DNA from: Alphaproteobacteria bacterium
Lineage (GTDB): Bacteria > Pseudomonadota > Alphaproteobacteria > RF32 > CAG-239
DNA: 64,000 nucleotides
Reading direction: 5' to 3'
Assembly: GCA_045611785.1 (NCBI GenBank)
Contig: JAZKXV010000026.1
Location: forward strand, 20,382-84,381
Shown here: in pieces, positions 1-10,336 of the stretch
How the letters are laid out: each line of letters begins with the position of its first letter
Position numbering within the stretch: position 1 is the stretch's first letter
Made by a program: the position numbers and the translations under genes
Notes under the pieces: model-generated
What the model saw: only the letters and a program-made list of their open reading frames with translations
What the model was told of the DNA's origin: nothing
The model's database searches: none

Positions 1-146
1 CTAACTGCATTTATGACTTTTTCATAATCATAATGAGAATAGTTATTAACGTTTTCATTATGAACTTCTTCATATGCAAATGAAGCTGTTCCTGTCAAAG
101 CAGCTAACCGCTCAAAATCTTTTTTAATATTTTCATCCATTTGCAT
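1..146 (-). CDS. Hypothetical protein, N-terminal part (runs off window start)
   Basis: ATG at 146 after AGGA; open frame MQMDENIKKDFERLAALTG... to the window edge; does not resemble TrpA. Confidence 0.55.
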   Translation of the reverse strand, partial: MQMDENIKKDFERLAALTGTASFAYEEVHNENVNNYSHYDYEKVINAV

Positions 147-219
147 CAGATTTTTTTCCTATGTTAATAAGGCATTTTAAAATTATACCCACCTACTTTA
201 ACATAATAACAAAAACAAA

Positions 220-261
220 ACAAAAAGTAAACAAATTTTCTGTTTTTTGTTTACTTTTTGT
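220..261. terminator. 16-bp perfect hairpin downstream of trpB, likely intrinsic terminator
   Basis: acaaaaagtaaacaaa / tttgtttactttttgt inverted repeat. Confidence 0.7.
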
Positions 262-280
262 TTTTTCTGACTACTAAAAC

Positions 281-1456
281 TTATATACCGTAAGTGTTAC
301 AAACAAAATCTATATCTTTATCTCCTCTACCGGATAAATTTACCAATATATTTTTATCCGGCCCTAATTGCTTTGCTAATTTTTTTGCATAAGCAACAGC
401 ATGTGCACTTTCAAGAGCCGGTATAATACCTTCTGTTCTGGATAGTTCATAAAACGCTTCCAGACACTCTTTATCATCAATTTGCACATATTTTACTCTT
501 TTCGTTTTGTATAAATGTGCGTGCTCCGGTCCAACCGAAGGATAATCTAACCCGCTGGCAATAGAATATACCGGCGCAGGATTATTGTTTTCATCAACAA
601 GCACAATAGATTTAAAACCATGTATAATGCCTTCTTTGCCATATGCAAGTGATGCTGCATGTTCTCCAAGCTTTGTTCCCTTACCTAAGGCTTCCACACC
701 ATATATTTTAACATCGTCATTTAAAAATGCCTGAAACATACCAATTGCATTACTTCCACCACCAATACATGCTATTACGGCATCAGGTAATCTATTAGTC
801 ATTTCCAGCATTTGTTGTTTAGCTTCAATACCGATTATACTCTGATAATCTCTAACAATGGTTGGAAATGGGTGCGGACCCACAACTGAACCTATGCAGT
901 AAAGAGAATTTTTTGTATCTGCCAAATATGATGCAAATGCACTATCGACAGCTTCTTTTAAGCTTTGTTGCCCTTCTGTAACCTCTACAATATCACAACC
1001 CAAAAGTTTCATACGCAATACATTTGGTCTTTCTTTTTCTATATCTCTTGCGCCCATATGTATTTCACATTCAAGCCCTAAATAGGCTGCAGCACTTGCC
1101 AAAGCAACGCCATGTTGTCCGGCACCTGTTTCGGCAACAACTTTTGTTTTACCTAAATATTTAGCTAATAACACTTCCCCTATACAATGATTTATCTTAT
1201 GTGCACCTGTATGATTTAAGTCTTCTCGTTTAAGATAAATTTGCGCTCCCCCAATCTTTTTGCTTAAGTTTTGAGCATAAGTAATAGGTGTAGGACGTCC
1301 CTGATATGTTTTTCTTATATATTGTATTTGTTCATTAAACTCTTTTGAATCTTTTAATTTTAAATATGCTTTTTCAACTTTATCCATTTCTGTTTGTAAT
1401 TCATCTGATATAAAAGCACCGCCAAAATCACCGAAAAAACCTCTATTTTTTCTCAT
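281..1456 (-). CDS. trpB: Tryptophan synthase beta subunit (stand-alone)
   Basis: [18 protein letters not shown]-lysine motif, [35 protein letters not shown]. Confidence 0.97.
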   Translation of the reverse strand: MRKNRGFFGDFGGAFISDELQTEMDKVEKAYLKLKDSKEFNEQIQYIRKTYQGRPTPITYAQNLSKKIGGAQIYLKREDLNHTGAHKINHCIGEVLLAKYLGKTKVVAETGAGQHGVALASAAAYLGLECEIHMGARDIEKERPNVLRMKLLGCDIVEVTEGQQSLKEAVDSAFASYLADTKNSLYCIGSVVGPHPFPTIVRDYQSIIGIEAKQQMLEMTNRLPDAVIACIGGGSNAIGMFQAFLNDDVKIYGVEALGKGTKLGEHAASLAYGKEGIIHGFKSIVLVDENNNPAPVYSIASGLDYPSVGPEHAHLYKTKRVKYVQIDDKECLEAFYELSRTEGIIPALESAHAVAYAKKLAKQLGPDKNILVNLSGRGDKDIDFVCNTYGI

Positions 1457-1542
1457 CTTTTTTTCCTTATTTTTTATTAGATTATAAACTATTATTTTAA
1501 AGCCGATTAAGGGTGGCTAAACCTACAATAAACACAGGTGCA

Positions 1543-1611
1543 TCAGCACCACCAAACAGATTTTGTTGGCAAGATAAAGAAACTAAAATTTTTAATACAA
1601 ACTTTCATCAT
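1543..1611 (-). promoter_or_regulatory. trpL: Trp attenuation leader peptide (22 aa, MMKVCIKNFSFFILPTKSVWWC)
   Basis: Short ORF ending TGG TGG TGC TGA just downstream of a TTGACT-16-TATAAT promoter and upstream of trpB; alternative stems ggtgc/gcacc, acct/aggt, agcc/ggct follow. Confidence 0.8.
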
Positions 1612-1656
1612 AAAATCATTATATAAAAAATTTTATACCAGTCAAGCAAAACAAAA

Positions 1657-1687
1657 AAGCGCTCTGTTATTAAAAAACAGAGCGCTT
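1657..1687. terminator. Terminator of the glgB-glgX-malQ operon
   Basis: aagcgctctgtt / aacagagcgctt 12-bp hairpin flanked by A/T runs right after the malQ stop. Confidence 0.8.
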
Positions 1688-1690
1688 ATT

Positions 1691-3817
1691 TTATCGAACA
1701 GTTTTAATTGCATCAATATTGCGTTTATACTCTGTCAGATTTTCCAAATCTTCCAAATCAACAGGTAAACGTAAACGCCAGTTAGGATATTGATCCCTAT
1801 CTGTTCCAGGAAGATTTTGCAATTTATCGACACTCATAATATCTTCTAATTGCAACATAACAACTTTACTTGGAGATTTTGCCACCAGCTTATGAACAGC
1901 TTCGATAATCCCCTCAGGATAACCCTCTCCATATAAATAGTTTGATTTTCTTAAATTATCTTCAGGCCATACTCTATTAAAATCAAGAGCATCAAGAAGC
2001 ATAAATCTATCACGTTCGCGACGCTTATACGCATTGATTTTATCTTCTTCGGTTGATAAGCCTAATTTTCTCATCAACTCAATATCATAACCAAACCACC
2101 ACATCTTTAATGGAGACATATCATGAGTTCCGATTGAAACAAACGCATTTTCAGGATAATCACTTGACATCTTAAAGTCGCCGTTTCCTTCGTTCCATCT
2201 TTCTGCCCAAATTACACTGATGGCATATAAGTTATATTCACGCAATTTATCTAAAAATCCATTTGGAACATTACCAATGCTTTCACCTACAATTGCACAT
2301 TTATGCAAATGACTTTCTAATGCCAAAAGACCTAACATATCATCAAAATTATAATGAATGTATGTTCCTTCATCTTTGCTATCAGGTATCATAAACAGCC
2401 TCATTAACCCCATAACATGATCGATTCTTAAAGCACCGGCATATGCCATATTAGCTCGTAAAATTTTCAAATATGGTTCATAAGCTCTATTTTTTAATTC
2501 AAACGGATTAAACGCACCTAAACACCATTTTTGACCTGTTGTGAAAAATGCATCAGGAGGAGCACCTGCTCCGGCTTTATCAACAAAGATATATTTATCT
2601 GCCCACAATTCAGCACTGTCTTTACATACACCAACCGGCAAATCTCTATACAATCCTACTTTCAAACCTAAAGTTTTTACCTCTTCATATACCTCTTTTA
2701 ATTGTCTGTCAGCTTCAAATTGCATAAATTTGAAAAATTCAATTTCTTTAACATGAGATTTTTTAAATTCATTAACTTTAACAGAATTTGGATTTTGCAA
2801 ATCTTTATCCCAAGCGCACCAACCTCCCCATATTGTTTTAGATTGTTCACTATATAATGCTTGAAATGTTGCTAAGGTATCTAAATTCCAACCTTTTTCT
2901 TCCTTAAACTTTTCAAATTCTTTAATATAGTTTTTATGTTTTCCTATTCTTTCAAAAAGTTCAGCTAGCACATTTGCTTTTAGTGTGTAAACTTTTGTAT
3001 AATCTATCGTTTCTCCGCTTTTTGCATCGGCGATTTGTTGCTCATATTTTGCTTTTATTTTATCATTAAAACCAACGACATTTTCAACGTCAATATAAAT
3101 AGGGTTCAAAAACAATCTGCTTATAGAAGAATATGGGCTCGCATTTTCCGGAAAATCATGAAACAGAACATTAAGCGGGTTTAAACCTATGACATCTGCT
3201 CCTGATTTTTTACATAAACCTGCAAAACATTTCAAATCTGTAAAATCGCCCACTCCCCAGTTTCTTTTGCTCTTAAGAGCATATAACTGTAAACTGTATC
3301 CCCAAAGCTTAGCACTTTCTATATCATCATTTGTATAACATTTTTCCGGAACAATTGCCATTACACTATGATGCACATTTTTTCCAACTTTAAGTTCTAA
3401 ATTATAATATCCGATTGCAGGCAAGTTTTTCAGCAAAAAGCAAACTTTGCGATATGTCTTGCGACCACTAACCACAGCATCTTGGGCAACATCCATATCA
3501 TATTCTAAATTAAAAACTTCACCATTGTTTTCAAGAGTTAGTGATACATTCTCAATGCTTGTCAAGTTAGCATAAAATTCAGGTTTATTGACACGAACAA
3601 CGACAATACTTTCTAATATGGTTTTATTTTGATAATCAGCTAACTTCTTCAATGACTTTTCAATTTTTTCATCATCTTTTGCATCAAATCCTAAATGTGT
3701 ACAAAAGAACCTTAATACATCATCACTTACGTTATAAGTTTTTTTGCTTAAACCGCCATCAGAAAAACTACGTGCAACACCTAATTTATCTGCTAATTCA
3801 TATAATTTATTTTCCAT
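1691..3817 (-). CDS. malQ: 4-alpha-glucanotransferase (amylomaltase, GH77)
   Basis: SPYSSISRLFLNPIYID, LYRDLPVG, GAPPDAF, LRIDHVMG, NLPGT...NWR; start set at MENK (SD aaggtg). Confidence 0.95.
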   Translation of the reverse strand: MENKLYELADKLGVARSFSDGGLSKKTYNVSDDVLRFFCTHLGFDAKDDEKIEKSLKKLADYQNKTILESIVVVRVNKPEFYANLTSIENVSLTLENNGEVFNLEYDMDVAQDAVVSGRKTYRKVCFLLKNLPAIGYYNLELKVGKNVHHSVMAIVPEKCYTNDDIESAKLWGYSLQLYALKSKRNWGVGDFTDLKCFAGLCKKSGADVIGLNPLNVLFHDFPENASPYSSISRLFLNPIYIDVENVVGFNDKIKAKYEQQIADAKSGETIDYTKVYTLKANVLAELFERIGKHKNYIKEFEKFKEEKGWNLDTLATFQALYSEQSKTIWGGWCAWDKDLQNPNSVKVNEFKKSHVKEIEFFKFMQFEADRQLKEVYEEVKTLGLKVGLYRDLPVGVCKDSAELWADKYIFVDKAGAGAPPDAFFTTGQKWCLGAFNPFELKNRAYEPYLKILRANMAYAGALRIDHVMGLMRLFMIPDSKDEGTYIHYNFDDMLGLLALESHLHKCAIVGESIGNVPNGFLDKLREYNLYAISVIWAERWNEGNGDFKMSSDYPENAFVSIGTHDMSPLKMWWFGYDIELMRKLGLSTEEDKINAYKRRERDRFMLLDALDFNRVWPEDNLRKSNYLYGEGYPEGIIEAVHKLVAKSPSKVVMLQLEDIMSVDKLQNLPGTDRDQYPNWRLRLPVDLEDLENLTEYKRNIDAIKTVR

Positions 3818-3830
3818 AATAAACACCTTA

Positions 3831-5900
3831 CTATATATCAATTTTTACAACCACTACAGACCATGCAGGTATCATAATCTGCTTAGAACTGCCTAATTTA
3901 ACATTTTCATCTAATGATGATGAACTGTCTAAAATAAGTTTCCATTTTTTTGTTTTTTTAATGCTCGGAAGCTTCCATTTTTTTGCCACATTTTCTGCAT
4001 TAAAAATAGTAAGCAACAAAGAGCTTTCTGAACAAGCTAAATATGAAATAGATTTAGTTTTTGCATTATTCCAATCAGGAGCTGTAAATTCTAATCCATT
4101 TTCATTATACCAAGCTAAATCCTTATAATCTGCTTTTTCACATTTTACACCTGTGAAAAAGTGTTTACGATTAAATATTGCCAATTGTTTACGTAGCTTA
4201 ATTAACTTATGTACGTATCTTGCAAAGTTACGCTCTTGTAATGTTATGGCTTCCCAAACAATCCAAGTAATAACATTATCTTGACAATATGGATTATTAT
4301 TTCCAAATTGTGTCTTTAAAAACTCATCTCCAGCTAATATCATCGGAGTGCCAAAAGAAAATATTAAAGTTGTAATTAAAGCTTTTGCTCTTAATATTCT
4401 GGTTTGGTTGATGTTTTCATCGAAACTAATTCCTTCTTCACCGGAGTTCCAACTCCAATTATTGTCGTTTCCGTCATGATTATTTTCACCATTGGCATAA
4501 TTGTGTTTAACATTGTAGCTTACTAAATCGTTTAAGTTAAAACCATCATGTGCCGTTACAAAGTTTACACTACTCCATAAGTTACGATTGTTATATCCGA
4601 AGACATCACTGGAACCTGCAATCCTACTTGCAAACTCTCCAATCTGCCTTTCATCACCTCTCCAAAAACGTCTGATAACATCTCTGAACCTGTCGTTCCA
4701 CTCTGCCCATCCTGATGGGAACGCACCTATTTGATATCCGCCAATACTGGCATCCCATGGCTCAGCAATCATCTTTACATCACGCAAGATATCATCTTGA
4801 CTAACAGCTGCTAAAAAACGACTATCATATTTAAAAATTGTTTTTTCTCTGCTTAGCGATGAAGCCAAATCGAGTCTAAAACCATCTACATGCATTTGCT
4901 TTGCCCAATAACGCATAGAATCTGTAACAAGCATCAAAACATACGGATTTTGCACATTAAATGAAGCACCGCAACCTGTACTGTCATAATAAAAACGTTT
5001 TTGATTTTTATCTAAAGTGTAATAACTTTCGTTATCAATTCCTCTATAACACAACGTTGGTCCCAGTTGGTTTCCTTCGCATGTATGATTATAAACCACA
5101 TCTAATATCACTTCCAAATTATTTGCATGAAGTGATTTAACCATATCTTTAAAATCATCAATTCGGCCACCTAACAAATAATCATTATCAGGAGCAAAAA
5201 AACTCAATGTTTCATACCCCCAATAATTAATTCTGTCATTTCCTGTTTTATGAGCGAAATAAGAATGTATAGGTTGCAGTTCTACAGATGTAACACCTAG
5301 CCACTTTAAATAATTAATAATTTTTTGAGATGATAATCCCTTAAACTTACCACGGTATGCATCTTCAATTTTAGGAAATAATTTTGTGTATCCTTTTACA
5401 TGCATTTCATAAATAATTGTCTTACTGAAATCATGTTTAGGCTTTACATCTTTTTCCCAATTATATTGTTCATCTACCACAACAGATTTCGGTACATAAG
5501 GAGCACTATCCAACGTTGAAAATGATAAATCTTGATCCGGACTGTCAATGTCATATCCAAAGATAGCTTTATGCCATATGAGCTTACCAATTATCTTTTT
5601 TGCATATGGATCTATAAGCAGTTTATTATGGTTAAAACGCTTTCCTTCTAATGGCTTATATTCTCCATAAACCCTATAACCGTAAACTTGACCGGGCTTA
5701 ATTCCTTCTAAGTACACATGCCATATATTATGGTCATTTGACTTAATTTCAACTTGAGAAATTTCTTCTGTACCAGTTTCATCAAACAAACACAAAACAA
5801 CTTTTTGTGCATTTGCGGAAAAGAGAGAAAAATTTACTCCTTTGCCATCATAATTTGCACCTAACGGATATGGTTTACTTTGATTTAACCTTACTCTCAT
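3831..5900 (-). CDS. glgX: Glycogen debranching enzyme (GH13)
   Basis: PYPLGA, NYWGY, DVVYNHT, DGFRLDLA, AEPWD, NFVTAHDGF motifs. Confidence 0.95.
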   Translation of the reverse strand: MRVRLNQSKPYPLGANYDGKGVNFSLFSANAQKVVLCLFDETGTEEISQVEIKSNDHNIWHVYLEGIKPGQVYGYRVYGEYKPLEGKRFNHNKLLIDPYAKKIIGKLIWHKAIFGYDIDSPDQDLSFSTLDSAPYVPKSVVVDEQYNWEKDVKPKHDFSKTIIYEMHVKGYTKLFPKIEDAYRGKFKGLSSQKIINYLKWLGVTSVELQPIHSYFAHKTGNDRINYWGYETLSFFAPDNDYLLGGRIDDFKDMVKSLHANNLEVILDVVYNHTCEGNQLGPTLCYRGIDNESYYTLDKNQKRFYYDSTGCGASFNVQNPYVLMLVTDSMRYWAKQMHVDGFRLDLASSLSREKTIFKYDSRFLAAVSQDDILRDVKMIAEPWDASIGGYQIGAFPSGWAEWNDRFRDVIRRFWRGDERQIGEFASRIAGSSDVFGYNNRNLWSSVNFVTAHDGFNLNDLVSYNVKHNYANGENNHDGNDNNWSWNSGEEGISFDENINQTRILRAKALITTLIFSFGTPMILAGDEFLKTQFGNNNPYCQDNVITWIVWEAITLQERNFARYVHKLIKLRKQLAIFNRKHFFTGVKCEKADYKDLAWYNENGLEFTAPDWNNAKTKSISYLACSESSLLLTIFNAENVAKKWKLPSIKKTKKWKLILDSSSSLDENVKLGSSKQIMIPAWSVVVVKIDI

Positions 5901-5910
5901 GCATCACCTT

Positions 5911-8109
5911 TTATCTTATAGGTTTAATAACGATTGTTGAAAGCGGGGGAACTTTAACTTGAATAGAAAAAGGTTTCATATTCCATACCTGATATTCTGC
6001 ATTTATATAACCTTCATTTTTAACACCGCTTCCCCAATAATTTACGTCATCGCTATTAAAAATTTCTTGATATGCACAAGCTTCGTTTACACCGATACGA
6101 TAATTGTCACGAACAACAGGTGTAAAGTTACAGATAACAATCAAATAATCGTCCGGATTGTGTCCTTTTCTGATAAACGAAATTACACTGTCATCACAAT
6201 TAGAATGTTCAATCCATTCAAAGCCTTTATAATCAAAATCTTCTTCATATAAAGGAGCATTTCCTTTATACATCAAGTTCAAATCTCTTACGCAATTTTG
6301 CATACCTTTGAACATAGGATAATCTAACAAATGCCAACGCAAACTTTCTGCTTCGGTCCATTCACGGTCCTGAGCAAATTCACTTCCCATAAACAAAAGT
6401 TTCTTACCGGGGTGTGTCCACATAAAACCATAATATGCTCTCAAGTTTGCAAACCTTTGCCACTCGTCTCCCGGCATTTTACCGAGCATTGACCCTTTAC
6501 CATGCACAACTTCATCATGAGAAAGCGGCAATATAAAGTTTTCATTAAACGCATACAACAAACCGAAAGTTAAAAGACCATGATGATATTTTCTATGTAT
6601 CGGTTCATGTGCAATATAACGAAGAGTATCATTCATCCAACCCATATTCCACTTATAACCGAAGCCTAAACCTCCCATAGACGTCGGGCGAGAAACTAAA
6701 GGCCACGCTGTGGATTCTTCAGCACAAGTAACTGCGCCTTTATTTTCCCCATAAACAAGTTCATTCATTTTACGTATAAATGAAATTGCTTCTAAGTTTT
6801 CATTACCGCCATACTGATTAGGTACCCACTCTCCATCTTTTCTTGAATAGTCCAAATATAACATCGATGCTACAGCATCAACACGTAAACCATCAATATG
6901 ATATTCTTTAAGCCAATATAAAGCACTTGCACACAAAACATTGCATACTTCAGTTCTGCCATAATTGTATATTTTTGTGCCCCAATCTTTATGCTCACCT
7001 TTTCTCGGATCTGCATGTTCATATAAGTGTGTTCCATCAAATTCAACAAGACCATGCCCGTCTTTAGGGAAGTGTGCAGGAACCCAGTCCATAATCACAG
7101 CAATACCTGCTTGATGGAATTTATCAACCATATATCTAAAATCATCAGGGGTACCAAAACGAGATGTAGGAGCAAATAAACCTGTTACTTGATATCCCCA
7201 AGATGCATCAAGAGGATGCTCACAAAGAGGTAAAAATTCGACATGTGTAAATCCCATATTTGAAACATATGGTACAAGCCTGTCTGCAAATTCACGATAT
7301 GTTAAATACTCTTCTCCGTGCTCGCCTTTTCTGCGCCAAGAACCCAAATGCACCTCATAAATACTCATTGGCTTATCAAAACTATTATATGCTTCACGAT
7401 AATTCATCCATTCTGAATCATGCCAATTATATTTATTGATATCATAAACTATAGACGCTGTATTAGGACGTTTTTCAGCATAAAATCCCATCGGGTCAGA
7501 TTTACATAAAATGTAATCTTGCTGAGTTTTAACTTCAAATTTATAAACTTCACCTTCACCGATTCCAGGAACAAATATATCCCAAATTCCGCATGTAGGA
7601 TGCTTACGCATAACGTTAACTCTGCCATCCCAATTGTTAAAGTTTCCTACCACTGAAACACGTTTTGCATTAGGTGCCCAAACAGCAAATGCCACACCTT
7701 TAACGCCATCAATTTCAGTAACATGTGCACCCAATTTTTTATATATATCGTGATGATTTCCTTCTGAAAAAAGATAAACATCTATATCACCAATTGTTGC
7801 ACCAAAACGGTATACATCTTCAATGATATACACAGAGCCTAAATCATTTGTTATCTTAAATTTGTATTTTAAATCTTCGCCTTTTCCCAAATTAATTTGA
7901 TAAAAACCTCTATCATCTAATCTGGTCATTTCACCTAATGATCTTTCATCACTATCTACAACTTCAACCTTAACGGAATGCGGTTGAAAAGTTCTTATAA
8001 AAATGTTCTTTGATCCTTTATCTCTGTGGATTCCGAGCACTGCAAAAACATTAGAATGATTACCATCAATTATAGCATTCATTTCTTCTACTGATAACAA
8101 ATTTTCCAT
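5911..8109 (-). CDS. glgB: 1,4-alpha-glucan branching enzyme
   Basis: WAPNA, YEVHLGSW, SWGYQ, DGLRVDAVASMLY, AEEST, LSHDEVVHGK. Confidence 0.97.
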   Translation of the reverse strand: MENLLSVEEMNAIIDGNHSNVFAVLGIHRDKGSKNIFIRTFQPHSVKVEVVDSDERSLGEMTRLDDRGFYQINLGKGEDLKYKFKITNDLGSVYIIEDVYRFGATIGDIDVYLFSEGNHHDIYKKLGAHVTEIDGVKGVAFAVWAPNAKRVSVVGNFNNWDGRVNVMRKHPTCGIWDIFVPGIGEGEVYKFEVKTQQDYILCKSDPMGFYAEKRPNTASIVYDINKYNWHDSEWMNYREAYNSFDKPMSIYEVHLGSWRRKGEHGEEYLTYREFADRLVPYVSNMGFTHVEFLPLCEHPLDASWGYQVTGLFAPTSRFGTPDDFRYMVDKFHQAGIAVIMDWVPAHFPKDGHGLVEFDGTHLYEHADPRKGEHKDWGTKIYNYGRTEVCNVLCASALYWLKEYHIDGLRVDAVASMLYLDYSRKDGEWVPNQYGGNENLEAISFIRKMNELVYGENKGAVTCAEESTAWPLVSRPTSMGGLGFGYKWNMGWMNDTLRYIAHEPIHRKYHHGLLTFGLLYAFNENFILPLSHDEVVHGKGSMLGKMPGDEWQRFANLRAYYGFMWTHPGKKLLFMGSEFAQDREWTEAESLRWHLLDYPMFKGMQNCVRDLNLMYKGNAPLYEEDFDYKGFEWIEHSNCDDSVISFIRKGHNPDDYLIVICNFTPVVRDNYRIGVNEACAYQEIFNSDDVNYWGSGVKNEGYINAEYQVWNMKPFSIQVKVPPLSTIVIKPIR

Positions 8110-8303
8110 TAAACCTCCATGAAAATATCAAGTCAAAATAATAGCATTTTTTCTCATATTTAATATCTAGTTTATATCTATAAATGCATATCGTTTTAAA
8201 TGCAAGAAAATAACTTGAGATTTTAAAACAATTAAATGTTGACGTATAAAATTTTCATATATATATTGAGCTTGTTATTAATATTTTTATATGGAGTATA
8301 TAT

Positions 8304-8558
8304 ATGTCAAATTGTTATAATGAAAATTATATCAAAGAAGCAGCTTATTACTTATGGCAAAATGCCGGCTGCCCAAGCGGACAAGATGATAAATTCTGGT
8401 CTTTAGCTGTAGAACAGTATTATAATTATTCTTGTTCAAGTTCATCAAGTAAAAAATCTTGTTGCAAATCTACCTGCTCTACAAGTAGCTCTTCTTCAAA
8501 GAAAACAACTTCTTCAAGAAGCTCAAAAACAAGCAGTAAAACAAGCAGCAAAAAATAA
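8304..8558 (+). CDS. DUF2934-like small protein with Ser/Lys/Cys-rich tail
   Basis: IKEAAYYLWQNAGCPSGQDDKFW resembles the DUF2934 consensus; SD ggag; terminator follows. Confidence 0.7.
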   Translation: MSNCYNENYIKEAAYYLWQNAGCPSGQDDKFWSLAVEQYYNYSCSSSSSKKSCCKSTCSTSSSSSKKTTSSRSSKTSSKTSSKK

Positions 8559-8747
8559 TATATTGACTACTTGTCGACACCTCTTTGCACATCTTGTAAA
8601 GAGGTGTTTTTTTATGAAAATTCAAATACAAAAAAATGCATTTTTACATTTTATAAAACATGAAATTAAATACAAATAAAAATCTTAATGGTTTATTATC
8701 AAAATACGAATATAATTTCATCATATAAAATTAAATGGAGAAAAATT

Positions 8748-9812
8748 ATGTCACGTGCTGAAGATATTTTTCAAAAACTTATATATTTTGGTGAAGATGC
8801 CATTGATGAGTTTATCTTAACGCTTCAAACAGAAGAATTATTTTTAGATTTTAAACAAGCTGTATCAACCGGAAAAAACTTCAATACTTTACATCGAGAT
8901 GACCGTAAAAACTTAGCTAAAGCAATTTCCGGATTCGGCAATTCTGAAGGCGGAGTTATAGTATGGGGCGTAGAATGTTCTCGAGATCACGAAATCGGTG
9001 ATGTGGCAAAAGCAAAGGTAAAAGTAAAAAACGTACATCGCTTTTTAAGTTGGCTTGAAGGTGCCATTTCAGGCTGCACGATTCCCAGTCACAACAAAGT
9101 TAGAAACCACATAATAAGTTGCGATAAAAATGGTGATGGGTTTATTGCAACATATATTCCAAAATCTGAAATAACTCCTTTAATGAGCACCCTAGGCGGG
9201 TCAATATATATTCGTTCAGGATCAAATAATGTTCCCGCTCCTTACGCTGTAATTGCCGGCATGTTCGGCAAAAAACCACAACCAAATATTGAGTTATTAT
9301 TACAAGATAAACGCTTAGAAATTTTGCAAAACAGTGAAGAAGATTTACTCTATCCGCACACCATAGATAATCCGCCTGAAAAGTATGTAAAAATCAGTTT
9401 TTCTATTCAAGCGCACAACGAAAGTAATGCTATTGCAAAAGAAATATATTTTTCGTGCACTACAGAAAGTTTAGCCAGCGAATATAATAAAGTCAGATTC
9501 TTAAATTACAATCAAATGGATTCTCTTAGCACAATTGCCGGACACATTAATTTGATTACAAAACCTGACTTACGTTTACCACCAAGAGGCATGATAAAAT
9601 TTGCAAATGTTCAAATAATTTTATCACCATATACCAATGAAGATTTTTGCTTAAATGGTGTTATTGGTGCAGAAAATGCTGCACCAAAAGATTTTAGAAT
9701 ATATATACCGAAAAACCAACTTCGTTCGTTTGTTGCAAAAGCGTTAAAAGACGAAGACAACACCGAAATCTTAAGCGCAGAATTTTTCAATAACTTTTTA
9801 ATGAGGTCTTAA
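8748..9812 (+). CDS. AlbA_2 / Schlafen-like domain protein with beta-rich C-terminal domain
   Basis: EELFLDFK...[23 protein letters not shown]; start at MSRAED after ggag. Confidence 0.75.
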   Translation: MSRAEDIFQKLIYFGEDAIDEFILTLQTEELFLDFKQAVSTGKNFNTLHRDDRKNLAKAISGFGNSEGGVIVWGVECSRDHEIGDVAKAKVKVKNVHRFLSWLEGAISGCTIPSHNKVRNHIISCDKNGDGFIATYIPKSEITPLMSTLGGSIYIRSGSNNVPAPYAVIAGMFGKKPQPNIELLLQDKRLEILQNSEEDLLYPHTIDNPPEKYVKISFSIQAHNESNAIAKEIYFSCTTESLASEYNKVRFLNYNQMDSLSTIAGHINLITKPDLRLPPRGMIKFANVQIILSPYTNEDFCLNGVIGAENAAPKDFRIYIPKNQLRSFVAKALKDEDNTEILSAEFFNNFLMRS

Positions 9813-9816
9813 AAAT

Positions 9817-10266
9817 ATGGTTGCAAGAATTGAAATTTTTACCGATGGAGCTTGTTCCGGCAACCCTGGAATTGGTGGTTGGGGCGCATTATTGCGCTAT
9901 AAAGATATTGAAAAAGAATTAAGCGGAGGTGAAATCGAAACAACAAATAATCGTATGGAATTAACCGCTGTAATTGAAGCTCTTAAAGCTCTTAAAACTC
10001 GTTGCAACATTACCCTTTACACAGACAGCAAATATGTCATGTGCGGAATTACCGAATGGTTAGAAAATTGGAAAAACAACGGGTGGAAAACATCAAACAA
10101 AAAAAGCGAAGTTAAAAATATCGATTTATGGCAACAATTAGACGAACTTATTAAGCAACATGAAATAAGATGGGTTTGGGTAAAAGGTCATAACGGACAC
10201 CCCGAAAATGAACGTGTTGACACTCTCGCACGTAAAGAAGTTTCTAATCTGAAACAACCACAATAA
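9817..10266 (+). CDS. rnhA: Ribonuclease HI
   Basis: [41 protein letters not shown]. Confidence 0.97.
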   Translation: MVARIEIFTDGACSGNPGIGGWGALLRYKDIEKELSGGEIETTNNRMELTAVIEALKALKTRCNITLYTDSKYVMCGITEWLENWKNNGWKTSNKKSEVKNIDLWQQLDELIKQHEIRWVWVKGHNGHPENERVDTLARKEVSNLKQPQ

Positions 10267-10272
10267 TTTTAT

Positions 10273-10301
10273 TGACAAAATCGATTTAGCGATATATAAT
10301 T
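10273..10301 (+). promoter_or_regulatory. Consensus sigma70-type promoter for the aminopeptidase gene
   Basis: TTGACA-17-TATAAT. Confidence 0.75.
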
Positions 10302-10336
10302 TGTACAATTTCAAATTATTTTATAACCAATAATCC

